DNA of 64,000 bases from Trichosphaerium sp. ATCC 40318 (GCA_038496445.1 JALMLS010000174.1:1-64000); one strand, 5' to 3'; positions 34,895 through 50,000 are shown, counted from the first letter of the stretch. The notes: generated by a model not told the origin, from the letters alone. A program made the numbers and translations.

Positions 34895-37800
34895 TCAGGG
34901 CGTGGGGGTTACAAGGCTACAAGACAAATTATTCAACGTATTCTCCGTTTCTACGGACAAGATTGGCGCATTCTCTAATAGGATTGATGCTGGTGGGATG
35001 TTCTGCAGCGTAATCTGAGGGACTAGTACGTCCCCTCCTTCCTTTGCCACTAAATCACAACAACATTCTACAACGTCGCCGCCCTAAGCACCAGGTGGTT
35101 AGCAGAGCAGCTCTTATCAATACATGAATTTTGTTCAGCGTACCTTGAGCTTTAGCTGGCCATAGCGCTTACCAGATACGAGCCATGCATGTGCTTTTTC
35201 AATGCGGTAGTAAACAACAGCTTCTGCACCAGATAACTTCTTGATGCGGAATCGGAAAGGAAAGAACTGACCGCGTCTAACGGAATCTGGAGTGACAATC
35301 TCTATAGCATACGCCAGGGCATGGTCTCGTATTGGGAACCGGTATACAAAAGACATTTGATTGTTTGCTGCGAGCTCATACGAAATGTGTAGTTCACTGG
35401 TTTGCTTGTCCATTGTCTCGGCCTTCAACAAGGGGAATATCAGGTGGAAAACTTGATTTTTGCGCGCTACAAATGGTGTGTTCTTGTGTGGCTGTGTAAC
35501 AGAATAAGCAAGTACTACATTGACACAAAATAATCAAAAAATAAAAAAAAAGACAGTACGTACAATGTCCACCTTCTTGTCTTGCACAACAAGCCAATAG
35601 TCCAATACCGTGACTGGTACTTTAAGCTGACTGGAGCATAGCGTTCGCAAGATTGTTTGCGTGCTATCGGTGTGCTCTCCCTCTATACGCTGTGGCTCAA
35701 CAATAAAGGGTTGTGAGAACTTGAGCGGAACAACCATCTTCCTGGACACTTTTTCGCCAGTGGTCTTGGTGTACTTGAATAAAAACGTGACCTGTTGTTC
35801 CAACAGCCGAACAGAGTAAGGTTGAGACTTGACAATGACATCCAAAGCAAATTTAATCTTTGAACCCTTTGTCACTGCGCCTATTCGTATATTCTTGTTT
35901 TCAAGTGCAACTGTAGTGCTCTTTGACTCACCATCCGGATCTATTGATATCAACGCAATTTAGTATCGGATAATACAAGCTTATTTCGAGCGCGACGCAC
36001 CTTCTAGAGTGGCTTCGATATCGCCTGGTGCCTTGAATGTGAGTGTGTCTGTGCGCAAACCTATTTCAGCCAATTTGATGTCATCCTCATGCGAATCGAG
36101 AGTAAGGAGCAATTGTGGTTTCTCGTTAATGCCAAAGAATAGCCCGTGCACTGGTGTATCAACGCTTAGAGTGGCTGTGTGGTTACTTGGCTTGACCCTG
36201 AAGCCAAACATGGCGAGCTCCTTCTCCCGTTTGTCCATCTGCACCAGCAGACATAAATTTTTGCCAACTTTCATTCTGTACCCCGACACATTAGATACGA
36301 GAAATGTAGGTTATACTAATAATAATAATTCGTACTTTGTTTGCTTAGGTTTATAGACGCCTACTGAAGATGACACAGCCTCAAGCGTCACAACGCTTCT
36401 CCCAGGTTCGACAACTATATCAGTTGCAGAACAGATGAGTGCGCGTGCATTATCATCCCGTGCGATAGCATAGTGTATAGACTACAGAATACGACGAATG
36501 GTCAGCAAAGCATATTAACAATAAAAAAAAGACGCACTAGTTGGTCGAGTGTTATATTACATGGGAGTGAGCTAGTCAATTCTGCCTTGACAGTCACTGT
36601 TTGACCGAGCTGCCAGGATGTTTGCTGAGGTAGAGCACGGATGTGAATTAAATTGTTTGCGATTTGTTTGCTAATCTCCCTGCCCAGGTATTGAGCTGAA
36701 ATATCGCATAGATCGGTAATGTAGTATGTTCGCGTGTCATCATCCAGGTGCTCTGCCAGTTGTGGATCGACGAGGTATAGTAAAGATGTGATATAGTCCG
36801 AATAGTGGTTCAAATGACGTTGTGAAAGCGCTAGTTTTGATCGTGCTGATAACCCTAAAAGAGGCCAACCCTCCGACCTATAACGCTCACAAACGCCTTT
36901 GTATCTTATCTCCGTCTTCTCGTAGTCTCTTCTGGTGCTATAATGCCGTCAGATCTCAAAACATCAATTACAGAAATGCGTACAAGAATAAATGCCCAAT
37001 ATCTTCTTCTATGCGATCTGCCGATCTGTGTCGACGTGCTTGCTATATGACAACCATACTTTAGCATTTTTGAAGATATGGGAAAGGCATCAGTTTTCGT
37101 ACCTTGTAATATTGGGCAGCATTCTTACTAATGTTCAGATACAACTTATCGAATGCTTTTATATCATTGAGCGCATCAACTAAAGCCTCTACAGAAACAC
37201 CTAAATCTTCAACTTTCTGTTCAAGGTTTGGTTGCTGTGGTTCTTCAGAAAGGCACTTTTCTTTGAAAATATACTTGTCATTCGAAGGCAACAGCCCACG
37301 GAGACTTCCAAGTCGCTCCAGCTATGTTACTGTTAGATGTTTGATCCACAGCTTTGGTCAGCGGTACCATAGCCCTGGCGTTGAAGCAGAGATCTCCAAG
37401 GAGGAAGGTCAATCTATCCATTTCTCGATTCGATTGGGGATTCTTCCTTGTGTACGTGATACAAGCCTCTCCAATATCAATGTAAGCATTATAGGCCCAA
37501 GAGTACTGAATATATGGAGATAACTAAAAGTAGATGACAGGTTAGCAGACGTATTGTTGCCATATTTCGAGGTTTTGATTGTGCACCTTTTCCTTCCGCA
37601 TGTCTCTTAGAAACTGATTCACGAATTGAATAGACCGCTCAACGACGTGCACAGGTCGACCCAAGCCAAACAAGAGCTGTAAAAATACGCGTGAGTACGA
37701 TGACCTTTGTAGAGAAGCATTGATTACCTTGCATTGACGTGCAAAGACATAGTGTCTGAAATCAAATCGAGAAATCGTCCCTTTCTGAAGGCGCTTACGA

Positions 37801-39155
37801 TAATCTTTTCGTGTAAAGTCTAGAATAGATCCAGAGTCGTCACCAGCTTCATCTCCACCAAAGGTGCGGAGAGTGTTTATATAATCGTCTTGAGGACAAT
37901 AAGTAGATGCAAAAAAAAAGAGTATTTTTAAGTTTCAAGGTAGTGGTACCATACAGAGCGTTGAGCTCGTCGTATTGCATCAGTGCGGATTCCATAAGAT
38001 TCACCGTCTCGAAAATGAATGCGAGGCCTTCCTTGGTGATAAAGAATCTACAAAAGTTCCAACCCTAAAACAACCAAGACTTAGCTTGTTTTGACATAAA
38101 ATCTAATGGTGGTTGGCACCTTTTGTGTTCGAGATTTTTCTCTCTCTTGTATTTGTTCTTTATAAAAGTCAACAAGTCTCTCACCATGGTTTTCAATGCA
38201 ATCCTTTAATTTATCGTGGAACATATCCAAGAAATCCTCACTAATGAGTGGCTGTTAACGCGAGATATTGTAGGGCTTGGGTGGACATTGTACCTTTTGG
38301 GTTCTAGAAGGAATACACGCTCTTCTTTTTTGGGATTTAAGTCTTTCCGCATATTCTCCAATAAAGAGTTTTTACCAAAACCGAACATTGCACGATCACT
38401 TTTTGCGCCTAAGGAGACACTAAGCCAGTACGCTCTTGCAACATTATCTTTTCTCACATTTTTTTTTCAAAATCATAATTATTTTGTTTGTAATCACGTG
38501 CCTTGTGGTACTATCAAGATGAGCCATTCTACAACTGGTGCCAGAGGATCTTGTTGTATGTAAGATATCCTGGACGCAAGATTAAAAAAGGGTGACAACA
38601 AGTGTTTCGTCGGGTAAATAAATTTAAATGACCTCTGTCTTACCAACGTTTGATTGTGTCGCGCCACTTGGTTCTGTACTCGTCTAGTGAGCATTGCACA
38701 GTCAGAATGTACAAATAAGGTTGATTGCATCGCTCCCATATTTCTGGAAGCTGTAAAGTGTCGCCTTAATATAAAAACGTTGGTGGTTTCAAATAGACAA
38801 GGGGTATAGAGGAGGGGGCTCATACCAGGCGATGTCCACGAGCATTTTTTTAGTTTTACATTTAGATCAGCGTTAACATCTGCAATTACGCCATGGTTTG
38901 ACCACCGGACCTGTTTGAGTGTTAGTGTGCTATTTTGCTTTGGGTTGTATTGCCAACTTTTACAAAGTGACGTCTGGTGTGCCAATAATAGGCAATAGAC
39001 GCCAAAAAGCGCGTACCCCACGTATTGGTTGAACTTTTTTTAAAACGCTCTTGAGACTCTCTGATGCCTTCCCGATCGTTAAATCTAGATCACTCGAGTG
39101 AGCGCAGAGTTAAAAAATAGTTACGTTTACATCCAATCAGAATGCCATGCTCCAT
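34895..39155 (-). CDS. TRAPPC10: TRAPP II subunit 10 (Trs130)
   Basis: EWLILIV, GWNFCRFFITKEGLAFIFE..ALMQYDELNAL, FDFRHYVFARQ, C-terminal WLVSGK. Confidence 0.85.
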
Positions 39156-39315
39156 TGTCACTTGTGACCAAAAATAACAGCTTACGTTACAGTGTGGCCA
39201 ATTGTGTTTGGTTTTTACGGCCTACCGGGGCAAGGTAAAACTGTTTCTTTACGGAGCTATTTTAAACAGTCCAGATATCAGTACACAGCCGCCACACTAC
39301 CAAAAATCGGACGTT

Positions 39316-41183
39316 ATGCTAGGTATACTGAACCGATTCTTTTATCTTTACTTATTTACATGTCTGGATAGCGCGTACTGCTCGATGTGCCTATTATCAT
39401 GCACGTACGCATCTATTTGTTAGCTCATCGCATTACTAACGATAAGGCAGCACAACACTCACATATGTGTGCGTAAACCTCGCCAACGGCACTATTTTAT
39501 CGTTCTAGAACTGTAAAAAATACCTAACAGCGTTTTACAGCCATCAGGCGCGTATACCAGCACAAACAACAAATAGCACACTTTGTACATGCCCCAAGCC
39601 CAAAAGTAAAAGCGTTGGAATTTGTAGCAACTCCTGACAACTATGTCGCTTCCAAATTCAACAAAGTAGGCACGTACAACGTGTTACCCGTGTTTTTTTA
39701 ACGTGTCATTTAAACAGAGCTGACAAAGGCGGAACTTGCAAAGGTAAACACAACATTCCCGGCTAAACTCACCCTGCTTGCTGACAAACTACTTGTTATA
39801 GCGCACTAATCTAGACTTACGCGACCTACGCCGTGTATCTGAGGCACGTGATGCATGTTTTTTGTCAATGAAAAGGACTTATCATTTTGACACGTTGTGA
39901 ATAACCCACGGCTTTTTAGACTCCCACAACTCGTAAACAGATTGCCACTGTAGTGGTCCGACCAGGAAATATTATCATTAATGTAGAAGGACTAGCAGCT
40001 GTGATTCAGGCCGACAAGCTGTGGTTAGCTCCAGTAGAAGACACTCCGTAAGTGCAAAGTAATAGTAAGATCACAATATATTGAGGTGACATTATTTCAG
40101 GTTTATGAACCGGTTAATGAACAGACTGCCATTGAGGTACCATATTAAACCACAACATCAATAGCACGTACACTTGTAAACTAAAAACAACGTACATTGC
40201 AATAGGACTCGCAAATCAGTGACACATAATTTGTTCGAATTCAGAGCGATGGAAGCGTTTTTGATAGAACTTATCGACGAGTACTTCAAGTATTTTGCTC
40301 GATTGGAACCCAAAGTATTGGATTTATTGAATCACATGGTGCTCAAAGAGACAGTTGCAGAACAACACTTGGAACTCATGAAATACAAACAAAGGTACAA
40401 TCTCAAACACTTCAAGTCGTAACCTCATTGCCTTGGAACTAGCTTGTACATTTTCGAAGCTGATGTGCTCGAAATCAAAACCGCCATTGGCGAACTTTTA
40501 TCGAATGACGAAGATATGGCATCCATGTACCTCACAGCACAAGCGAAGGGGTAAACTGATTTTTATTTAAAATGTTTCGAGACTTGAGTTTGACACACGC
40601 ATCAACAGGATTGTACAGCCTGTAGAGGATCACCAAGAAGTCGAAATTTTACTTGAAGGCTTCTTTACCCAGTTGACAGTGCGTCGTTAAACACCTACGT
40701 TCAAAAAGTCATAACAGGTCATTTACAGGAAATTGATAATCGTATCAACGAGGTCAGACGCCGTATAGACACTGTAAATAGCTATCTACAAATCCATTAT
40801 GATCAACAACGTAATGCGCTTATCCAAGTAAGTGTTGTCATTTCATTGGCTAGTATGGCGATTGGATCAGCGGCCCTTGGCGCCAGTATCTTTGGCATGA
40901 ATCTTGCATCAGGAATTGAAGAACATCCAACAGCATTTTATTGTATGATGAACCTATTTTGTCGTAGCTACTCAATTTCTAAACACTATGTTTAGGGGCT
41001 TTGGTAGGATTGTCGATGCAATCAGCGACGCTCTTTGGTGCTCCGTATTTTTACTACAAAAAGATAACACAGCGTGTCCCAATGCCTTTCAAGCACTTTG
41101 AGGACCTCAACCTTATTAGAAAATCGCTATCTAACCACGAACACACCCTGGATCTGCGAAAGAAGCCGAAAAAGGATGAGTAA
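39316..41183 (+). CDS. MRS2: Mitochondrial Mg2+ channel Mrs2 (CorA family)
   Basis: LRDLR, FEFRAMEAFL, LLSNDEDMASMYLT, EVEILLE, QRNALIQ, IFGMNL. Start codon tentative. Confidence 0.88.
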
Positions 41184-41709
41184 AAAAAAGTTTTCCAGTT
41201 TTTTTTGTTGCTCGTGTTACAAGATTGCTAATGATGTTTGAAACATTTAAAAATCTCTTAAACGTGTTTTGTGCTCAGGTTCTAATCTTACGAAAGAGGC
41301 TGTTGAGTCAATGGTATCAAGTATAGTGAGTGTATCTCCAAGATGTATTCTCATAGCTCCTAAAAGTATAGCCTCAAAGTACTTACATCTTATTCTCGGT
41401 CACATCAACACGGGCAGGCACAGTTTATATAAGGTAATTATGTCTTTTTTGCCCTTGTTTGCATGTTTATAACATAAAGCTTTGAGTTGACCCGCCATTG
41501 CATTCACTACAATGGACTGTATATTAAGAAGTGGTATTTGAATCATTCAGTATTGTACATAGTTTTTATTTTAAACGGTGTGGGTAAGGATGTGTAGTGG
41601 TGAAGAGTGAGAACCACATGAATATCACGTGAATCGTGTAAATAATCACGTTTTCTTCTGGGTCCTAACCCACGACTCTCTAGCATTAACAGGTGAGTAA
41701 TCACTTATT

Positions 41710-44700
41710 TTACAAAGGAAAGGCATACCGTAGCTGCAATAAGGGAGCATTTTTATATTGTTCAAACGTGAGGTATCCTCTCTGTTCCTACATACATTCT
41801 TAACTACTGGATATGAAAAAGTGATAAGCACGTACTGAATCTGCTTTTTTAAAAGCATATGTTACAACATCCGGCATGAAACAATCATTGTCCTTGTTCC
41901 CCGTTGTTATCGCCAAGCAAGCATTCACTGCAGATCCAAAATGCTCCTCCATGAGCTTGCCATCGTCATTCATATCATACAAATCAAATGTGACTTGAGA
42001 CAATGTTAGGGGTCACCATGTCACTAATGCTAGACGTACGTTTAAGCGCATCTTCTACTGTTGGATTTAAGACACGATCCACTCCTTTTGCATATTCATT
42101 AAAGCTCAACGAATTTTCATCTGTCGGTAGCATGATCTATTGTTGTATGTTTAGCTTTTAATCAAACGCAGTGTGGGTGCACCTTGTACATTCTATCGAG
42201 CTCCATCTCATGTCGCCACCATGGCACGTGTTGTGTAAATATAGTTACGAACTGCTCAAACTCAATGTGCATTTGAACGGAATCTACAGGAACAATAGCT
42301 TCAAAATCTCTGTGAAACTTATCTACTTGTTTCCTGTTGACTACAAAAACTGTAAGCAATTCTTGTTTTGGGATTGTTTTGAGCTTACATTTAGTATTTC
42401 TTGCCAGCCGAGAATTTAGAGTCAATTTGATTTGATCTTCTTTGGCTTTTATTGCCTTGAACTTGTGAAAGTTTCTGAGCTCGTTTAGTTTATCATCTGT
42501 TAATTTAAACTCATTGAACGCCGTCTAGTGCGAACCATTAGCTCACTTTGTTTACTTTCTTTGCGTAAGTGTTAGTCACGTACCTCTAGAAGGAGTGCGC
42601 TATCAGTTGTGTTTTCCTTTATAAAGTTCATAGCTTCAACACTATCCTTGATAGTCATAAGGCGATCTCCTAACAGCTTGAATATGGCCAAGCCGACTTG
42701 GAACAATACGTTGGGGCCCTCATAAAAGAATATGTCTCGTATACTACAACAACAAATCAGAAACATCAAAAACACATGTGGATTCATTCATTTAATAAAA
42801 CTTTGTGAGGGCGTACCGCAGTGATGCCTCCCATGGCACTTGATTGATGTATTGGCAAAGGAACCATGGTAAAGCTATTAATTGAACTTGTGCATTGATC
42901 TTTATTAGATGGTTATGGACTTGTGGCAAATGCTCTTGAAAGAGACCATCAAATATTGAGAGATCAACAACAGATCCCGTTAATTCACGGTCATAGTAAT
43001 CAGGTACACTTTCACATAATGAACACAGTGCATAAAACGCTTCCTCTTCAGATAAAAACAGTAGGAGATGCGCACAGACGATGTTCTACAACAAAATTGA
43101 GCAAGGTATTTTTAATGAATGTTTTCTTAGTTTTTTCTTGAAACAGACTGGTGCGTACCATAGCTTGGCAATAGCCGATAGACGGATTGTAGCACGCATA
43201 GGCCGTCAATACCCGTCTCAATTTTACAATACCCACGGCACCACGTGCAAAGAATGGGTGTCCAGGAAGAGATCTGTGCACGTCCTAGACTTTATTTTAA
43301 CACACGTGTCATTGAACCCAATAAATCGAAATGCTCACCTTTTCAATCTCATCAATAGCTTCCTTGTTGGATTTACTTTCACAAAGGGATTTATAAAAAT
43401 TCCTGTCTGCTTTGGCCAAGGTGTACGCAGCGCCGCTTGTTAGCATCCACATGTAACCTCGCATCGAGTTTGGAATACCACCACGCACAATCTCCCTGAG
43501 GCCAGGCGTAAAAAGAATTGATAGCCCCATACCATGTTTTGTCAGATACGCCCAGAGAGCTTCTTCTTGAAGCTTTTCTTGTACGCAATATGTTGATGAA
43601 AATTTTGTTGCATCAGCTAGCAACTCCTTAGTGATGTTATGGCCTAACCTAATACTGTGTAAACACATAACATGCAATGTTATTTAGCAAAAGTGGTGAG
43701 AGCATGAATACCGTTCTGGGTTTAAGAAACTCTTGAGAGACGATAACGTAGCATTTGCTGTACGTATTTGCTTCCACAATTTGACCATATCAGTTCGTAC
43801 TTTATCCCTATTAACCAGACAAAACTTTACATAAGAAGGTTAATAAAAAGGGTACCCCAGTAATTGCTAGAAACGTACATGAAAAGCGTGAGTATGAATT
43901 CGGGTATTAATTACAATAATGTCTGGTAATACACCAAGACGCTCATATTCCCTACAAACCGCTGTCAGTAACCATGTTGTGATAATACCAAAGCAGAAAA
44001 GGGTTGATACCTATATTCCTCATTCTCTCTGTTTTTCCCTCGTTGTATGCTCTTGATGTCTCTGAAAGGAATCACGAGCTTTCCATAATTTGTTAGTTCG
44101 ATCAAAGGGTTTGTAATATCGACGCACTCTCGTTTCAGGCAGTACACCTTTCGGGTAAGGCGTTTGAATCCAACAAACAAAGTTTGTGGAAATATACAGT
44201 TTGCCATGCTTGTTATCGACATCAACATCCTTCAACTTGCAACTATACACTTTGTACTCAATGTCAGTCACTTTCTTGTTGTACAAAGAACAACGTGCCA
44301 TGGTTACACACTTCTGACTCTGGCAACAAGAAGAGCGCACAGAAATGCTCGTTTGACTTGATACGCCTGAGTGACTCACGTGATGGACTAGGCATGGCAT
44401 CACGGCTGACTGGCGGACTGTCATTTCCAGCAATGGTTGATGCTGTGCTAGAAGGAAACGCATTGCGCTTCTGCAATTTAGACATGGTTTGATGCCACAT
44501 GGTCTCCATCACATCATACATTTCGTCACGCTCGAATAAAACAGCAAAGATGTACTACCAACAAACAAATGAGCAATTTGTAAGGCAGCCACACTGAAAG
44601 CCAAGCCTAACCTCTTCGCCATTGCATAACACACGCAAAAGCGTATTTGCAATACCTCTATAATCAAGTTTCTCCAATTGCTCGACGTTATTGAACTCGA

Positions 44701-45559
44701 TAATGATTTCTTCTCCAAGCATCACTGACGAGAAGCCTACAATTCCTTTAATTAATCACGTGCACTCTACTTTTTTTCTTAAGGGCGTACACATATAATT
44801 AGAGGATACGTATGATGTACCCTTACGTGGTATAGCCCTCCACAGAGAGCATGGCCAGGATGCAACGAGTTTTTCGCCGGGTAATTTGAATTTATAAGCA
44901 AACACATTGCTCTCTGCCACTAATTGTCGTCTTTGACGTGTTATCGAATCTGACAGCGCCTTTCGTATGGCAGCGTCGTCACTGTTAGTCTTGGCCAAGA
45001 CCTAGTGGAGTCAGCGCAAGAAAACTACGATTGGGCCACGGAATTGCGACTAGACGCTCTCAAAGACGTACTCTAGGCAAAACATATTCAAGAAGCCAAT
45101 GCCAGATAGCATTGCTATCATCTCGGCTGTCATTTAGCGCTATTATAAGTGGTGCCCCTCCGCTGAAGAGGTGTCAGAGCGAGCAATTTTACTACACGCA
45201 CGCTGTAATGACAATACGGAAGGGTTGTGCGGCCAATAGCTCAATTTTGTATTTTTGTTGGCTGAGATACGGTGTTCGCTTTAACTCGGTCCTTGGTTGT
45301 TGTTAGCACCCGTCTTTGCATCGCTTTAGTAAAAAGTTGCCAAAATGTTCAATACGTTCCCGGATGGGAATGTTAGCACTTATACACGCGATGGAGTTGT
45401 CAAACGTCACACTGCGCGAAATATAGAATTGTAACTAATTTTTTAACGGTCTAAGTACCACATTGGTGCCCAAGATGACGTTTCCCTTGGCTCAACAATA
45501 CCTACAGGCGCGGACGGGCCAATAGGTACATCTATGGGTTCAGGATGATTGACCGCCAT
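41710..45559 (-). CDS. TBC1D9: TBC1D8/9-like RabGAP (2x GRAM, TBC, EF-hands)
   Basis: GRAM: [17 protein letters not shown] and [15 protein letters not shown]: [27 protein letters not shown]-hand: [12 protein letters not shown]. Start tentative. Confidence 0.85.
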
Positions 45560-45779
45560 TTATGAGCTAATGCACGCGCACTGCGTAGTTATTGCTAGTT
45601 GACCCTCAAAGTTAATGCCAAAAAAAAAAAATTCAAAAAAACTTAACCAAATATTTGCTAAACCGATTTTGGTGGAATACGAAGCACACCCAGGGCAACT
45701 TCAAAATATTAATGTAACAAGTAGACGGTTCGAAAAAGACTACAAAAAGTTATTTACATGGTAATGACATACAGCTGTA

Positions 45780-46595
45780 TCATTGAATAACAGCTTGCCG
45801 CTTTGCTGATGTGGCAGTTGCGGGCTGAGATATTTTTTTAGCTTCACGCTGTTCAACCAGTTCTGGCAACAATTCCTTTATTTCCAAGCTGTTCACACGA
45901 ACAAAAGTAAGCAAACAATTGCGAGATTAGAAATAAAAAAAAACCAGCGCGTATGCTGGACGTTAACGTACTTGAATTCATCTGCAACCTGGGAAATTAA
46001 TTCGTCTACTTGGTCTGTGCCTGCAGTGTCAACCTTGGCCATTGAGTCGCCCATTGTCGTCTCAAGAACCTCGAAATCCTCGACACTCTCTTCAAACTTC
46101 TCCATAACCTGTTGTACTTTGAGTAGATCCATGTCTTTCATTGCTTTTTCTAGTCCAACAGTCACATTTGTTAGAAGACGCGCTGACATTTTGGCTGTTG
46201 CCACTGATTCAACGCGCGACTTTACACTAACACACAATAAGTTAACGTTGCTTTTTCAACTGTTATCAGTACAAACCGTACCTGTCTATGCGACTGGAGA
46301 GTTTTAAGAGGTTTATTGACTCGTTGTGCTTTCTAATTGCATCAGAGGCATAAATTCTGGCCATTTCGGCTTGATTGTATTAGTATCAAGTTTGTACGGC
46401 GTTTTAACGTACTGTTAGATTTTTTGATGTACTCCAACACCTTTTTTTTCTTTTTCTTTGATTCTCGCTCAGCTCGTTTAGATTGGCGTTCTATAATTGT
46501 AATTATGCATATTATTTTAAAATAGCCAACGTACCCAAAGAACGAGCTGTAAATTTAAGCTGGAAAATAAGGTTGAACGTGTTTTTATCGTACAT
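45780..46595 (-). CDS. CHMP1: ESCRT-III CHMP1/Did2 family protein
   Basis: [61 protein letters not shown]. Confidence 0.88.
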
Positions 46596-47092
46596 GATGC
46601 GTTAATGTTGGCGGTGTAACTGTAACGCTAATTTTTGGGAATTTCGAAAAAAAAAAAAAACAAAGGCTAGTCAATACGCCTAGCCAATAAAGTAGCTTTC
46701 ACGTAATTCAAGCTGGAGAGGAGACCAAAGAGGGTGGGTATTATCCCCACATTGTATGTGGCTGCCCGGCGTTTTGTTTAATTGGGCAACGGCAATATCT
46801 CTTGTTTTTATTGCAATAAGAAGCCCTTCATCAAAGACGTAATATAGTACACTCAAGATCTAGTGGCCTCATAAATTATTTAGGGGTTTCGCTATACACA
46901 CCAAAACAATTGCTCCATTATTGTCATTGGCGATATTCTTGCAAATAATAGCGATCGTTGACGTGCATCCTGTGTTTTACGCAATCGCACCTCTATTGAG
47001 TTTCTGGTTCACAGCACTCCCTTCATTGTACGATGGCTCTACCCTTATTGCCCTTCCCCTTACTTTCTGAGTAGACCACGTTCTTTTCCAAA

Positions 47093-50000
47093 ATGGTTAT
47101 TGCGGGTACGAATATAGTACTAACTCCGTTCACTCCTTATATTGCCCAGAAACACTACAAAACAGCCTCTACAACATCTTCAAAAACTAAAGGAAACCAA
47201 ACACATTCAAAAATATACGACAATCGTGTCACACTCATAAACTATGAGGCATACAGACAGTTGTGTTTCGGGGTAGATGATTTGAAAATATTCGACTTAT
47301 TGGGTATTCCAGTGTGGGTAATGGACACAGAAAATTGGTGCTACATTTGGTACTACAATCTAGTGCACCTCGACGTAGTTTGATTGACCTCCTGAAATAG
47401 GGGCAACACAACAGCTCTGCGCCTTTGGAAAGTCACCAACATGCGCAGCGTTGATATATCAGAAGCATCCGAGCAATTCCGAAAGATACCACGAGGTCTT
47501 CTCGCTAAGGTAAAAAACAATTTATACCTTTCACAACGCACAACTCGTAAAAAGTTTTTCGCCCTTTTGTTGTTTTTTTTCCAAATTTCTGACTTTGCAA
47601 CGAAATGCTGTATTGCGATCATTTCTTTCACAACAGTTTTGGTACGCAATAGTTAAACCGTTTAGTGGATTAAAGGCGAAAAAGCGGATTTTACATTTCG
47701 TCTGAGGACCTTGTATCCTGGAGGGGTTGCCACTACCTTGTACATGACTTCCGGACCAATGCAGATGCGGCTCAAAGGTGAAAAGGAGAGCAGGACAGTG
47801 TTACTGGCTCATGGCGCAATTATGGGTAATATCAGCATTCAACTTTGTATTACCCTTTTCTATTGCTCACTGTTGCATATAGGTGACGCCTATTCTACAG
47901 AGAGGCGTGCTATAGAGGCATTGCGGTATATTAGCGACAAGATGGCGTTGTACACGCCAGATGGTCAAACAGTGTTGATGCAAAATAACGCTTGTAACAC
48001 ACTCTCCGACGTTAAAGACGGCCAATTGGACATATTGAGACACTTTGGTGGTCGTATAAATGTGGTTGAAAGCTTAATAACATCATTCAAACAGGTGCGC
48101 TATTTTTTGAGTTGTTCTATTTCTGGGATGAGAAAACGTCCTAAAATGGAGTAATAGGCCAAACTTGGAACAACCAAAACTTTTAAATTCGAGAACAGCA
48201 AAAACTGTTGGAGAAAAGTTAAAGTAACATACATTCGCGATCCAGTCAACTCAAAAAAGGCAATTCTCGTACAAGAGGAGGACATATCCGAGTTGGAAAT
48301 GGAAAAACAACGTCTAATAAAAACTGAAGAGACGTACAGTTCCAAGACGCGGATGTTCGCTTGCATGTCACATGAAGTCAGGACGCCACTGCACGCCATA
48401 CAAAGTGCCTTATCTGTACTTGACACCAACGATTTTAACACGGAACAACGCAGTTCTTTGGTACGATGGCAATGACATGACCTTGATTGGTTCATTAAAA
48501 AAAACCTCACAGCAACTTGTACTGATTCTGCCTTTAGGAATCTATTCAACGGTGTTCAAAATTGTTACTACATATTATTCAAGATGTACTGGACGTGAGT
48601 GCAATTGAAACAGGCGGGTTTTCAACAACTATGATGCCTTTTAATGTGGTAGACATGGTAAGCTTATAATTGCCGATCACGTGTTTTGTTTTATACTTAT
48701 ACTTGGTGTCTAAAATAGGTCAAAGACTCAGTCAACATTACGGCTAACAGGATAGGTTCCAAGCCGTTAGAGCTCAGCGCTTACTTCCATCCTGGTCTTG
48801 AGTCCAACCCATTCGCAAAAGGAGATGCCAACAGACTGCTTCAAGTGATTACTAACTTACTGAACAACGCCATAAAGTTTACAAATCAAGGTCATATCCT
48901 GGTCACAGCAAAGTTACATCATGGCACGAAACAAAGTAAACTAGTCATAAGCGTACAAGATACCGGCTCTGGTATTTCTCAAGTAAACGTTGAGCGTTTA
49001 TTCGTGCCGTTTTGGCAAGACGAAGCGACAGCACGGAAAAAAAGAGATGGCGCAGGTACGTTACTTTAACAAAGAAAATTCTTCTGACTATCCATATCAC
49101 CTTCTTCACTAACACTTGTGGCCATGTAGGACTAGGATTGTATATATGTAAAAAGATAATAGATAATATAAACGGCGATATCAGTGTCACCAGCGAAATT
49201 GGTAAAGGAACTACTTTCGTGGTGTCAGTAATGCTCGATACACTCCCGAACGCAGAAAGGTACGTACATCGGTTCGTTGTACCATATCAATAATACCACT
49301 ACTAGACTTGTTCATACAGTGAGCAACGCCAGCACGTGGTTCCGTAAAAAACACGTGATGCTAGCTTCTAAAGGTAGTGTGCTCCAGTTGACCTGTGGCA
49401 AATACGTTGAGGCATGGGGGAGTAACACAACGAATGTAATCGATTTTGAGGCGCTAAAAACCGCTCTAAAGGGTTCTAAAGACGCCATTATATTGATGGA
49501 TGAGCCCTTCTTAGTTCAAGAAATGAGTGACGCGCATATGAAAGAGCTTAAAGATGTGTCACTCCATGCTCTTTGTATTACAAATAATCAACCAGCAGTG
49601 CTAGAAGCAATGCAAAAAACACTAAACGAGCCTCACCACATGATTCACTTTCGTACTTGGCCTATGACAAGGCTATCGCTGTACAGAATTTTTACACAAG
49701 CAGTGCCAAAAGCATCGACAGAGCCTGTAAATCAAGCGCCATCAAAGTACAAAACTATAAGAGATTTACGGATTTTGGTAGTGGATGACGACGCTCTTGT
49801 CCGCATGACTACTCTGCGTGCCCTAAAAAAGTGTGGTTGCACGCATGTTGATGAAGCACGAAGTGGAAAGGAAGCATATAATACATACTTGCAAGCGAAA
49901 TCGGCGCACCATGTGATTTTAACAGATTGCTACATGGAGGATGGAACCGGTTTTTGGCTTGCAAAACAGATCAGGCAACATTGTGGTTCTCTAACACAAC

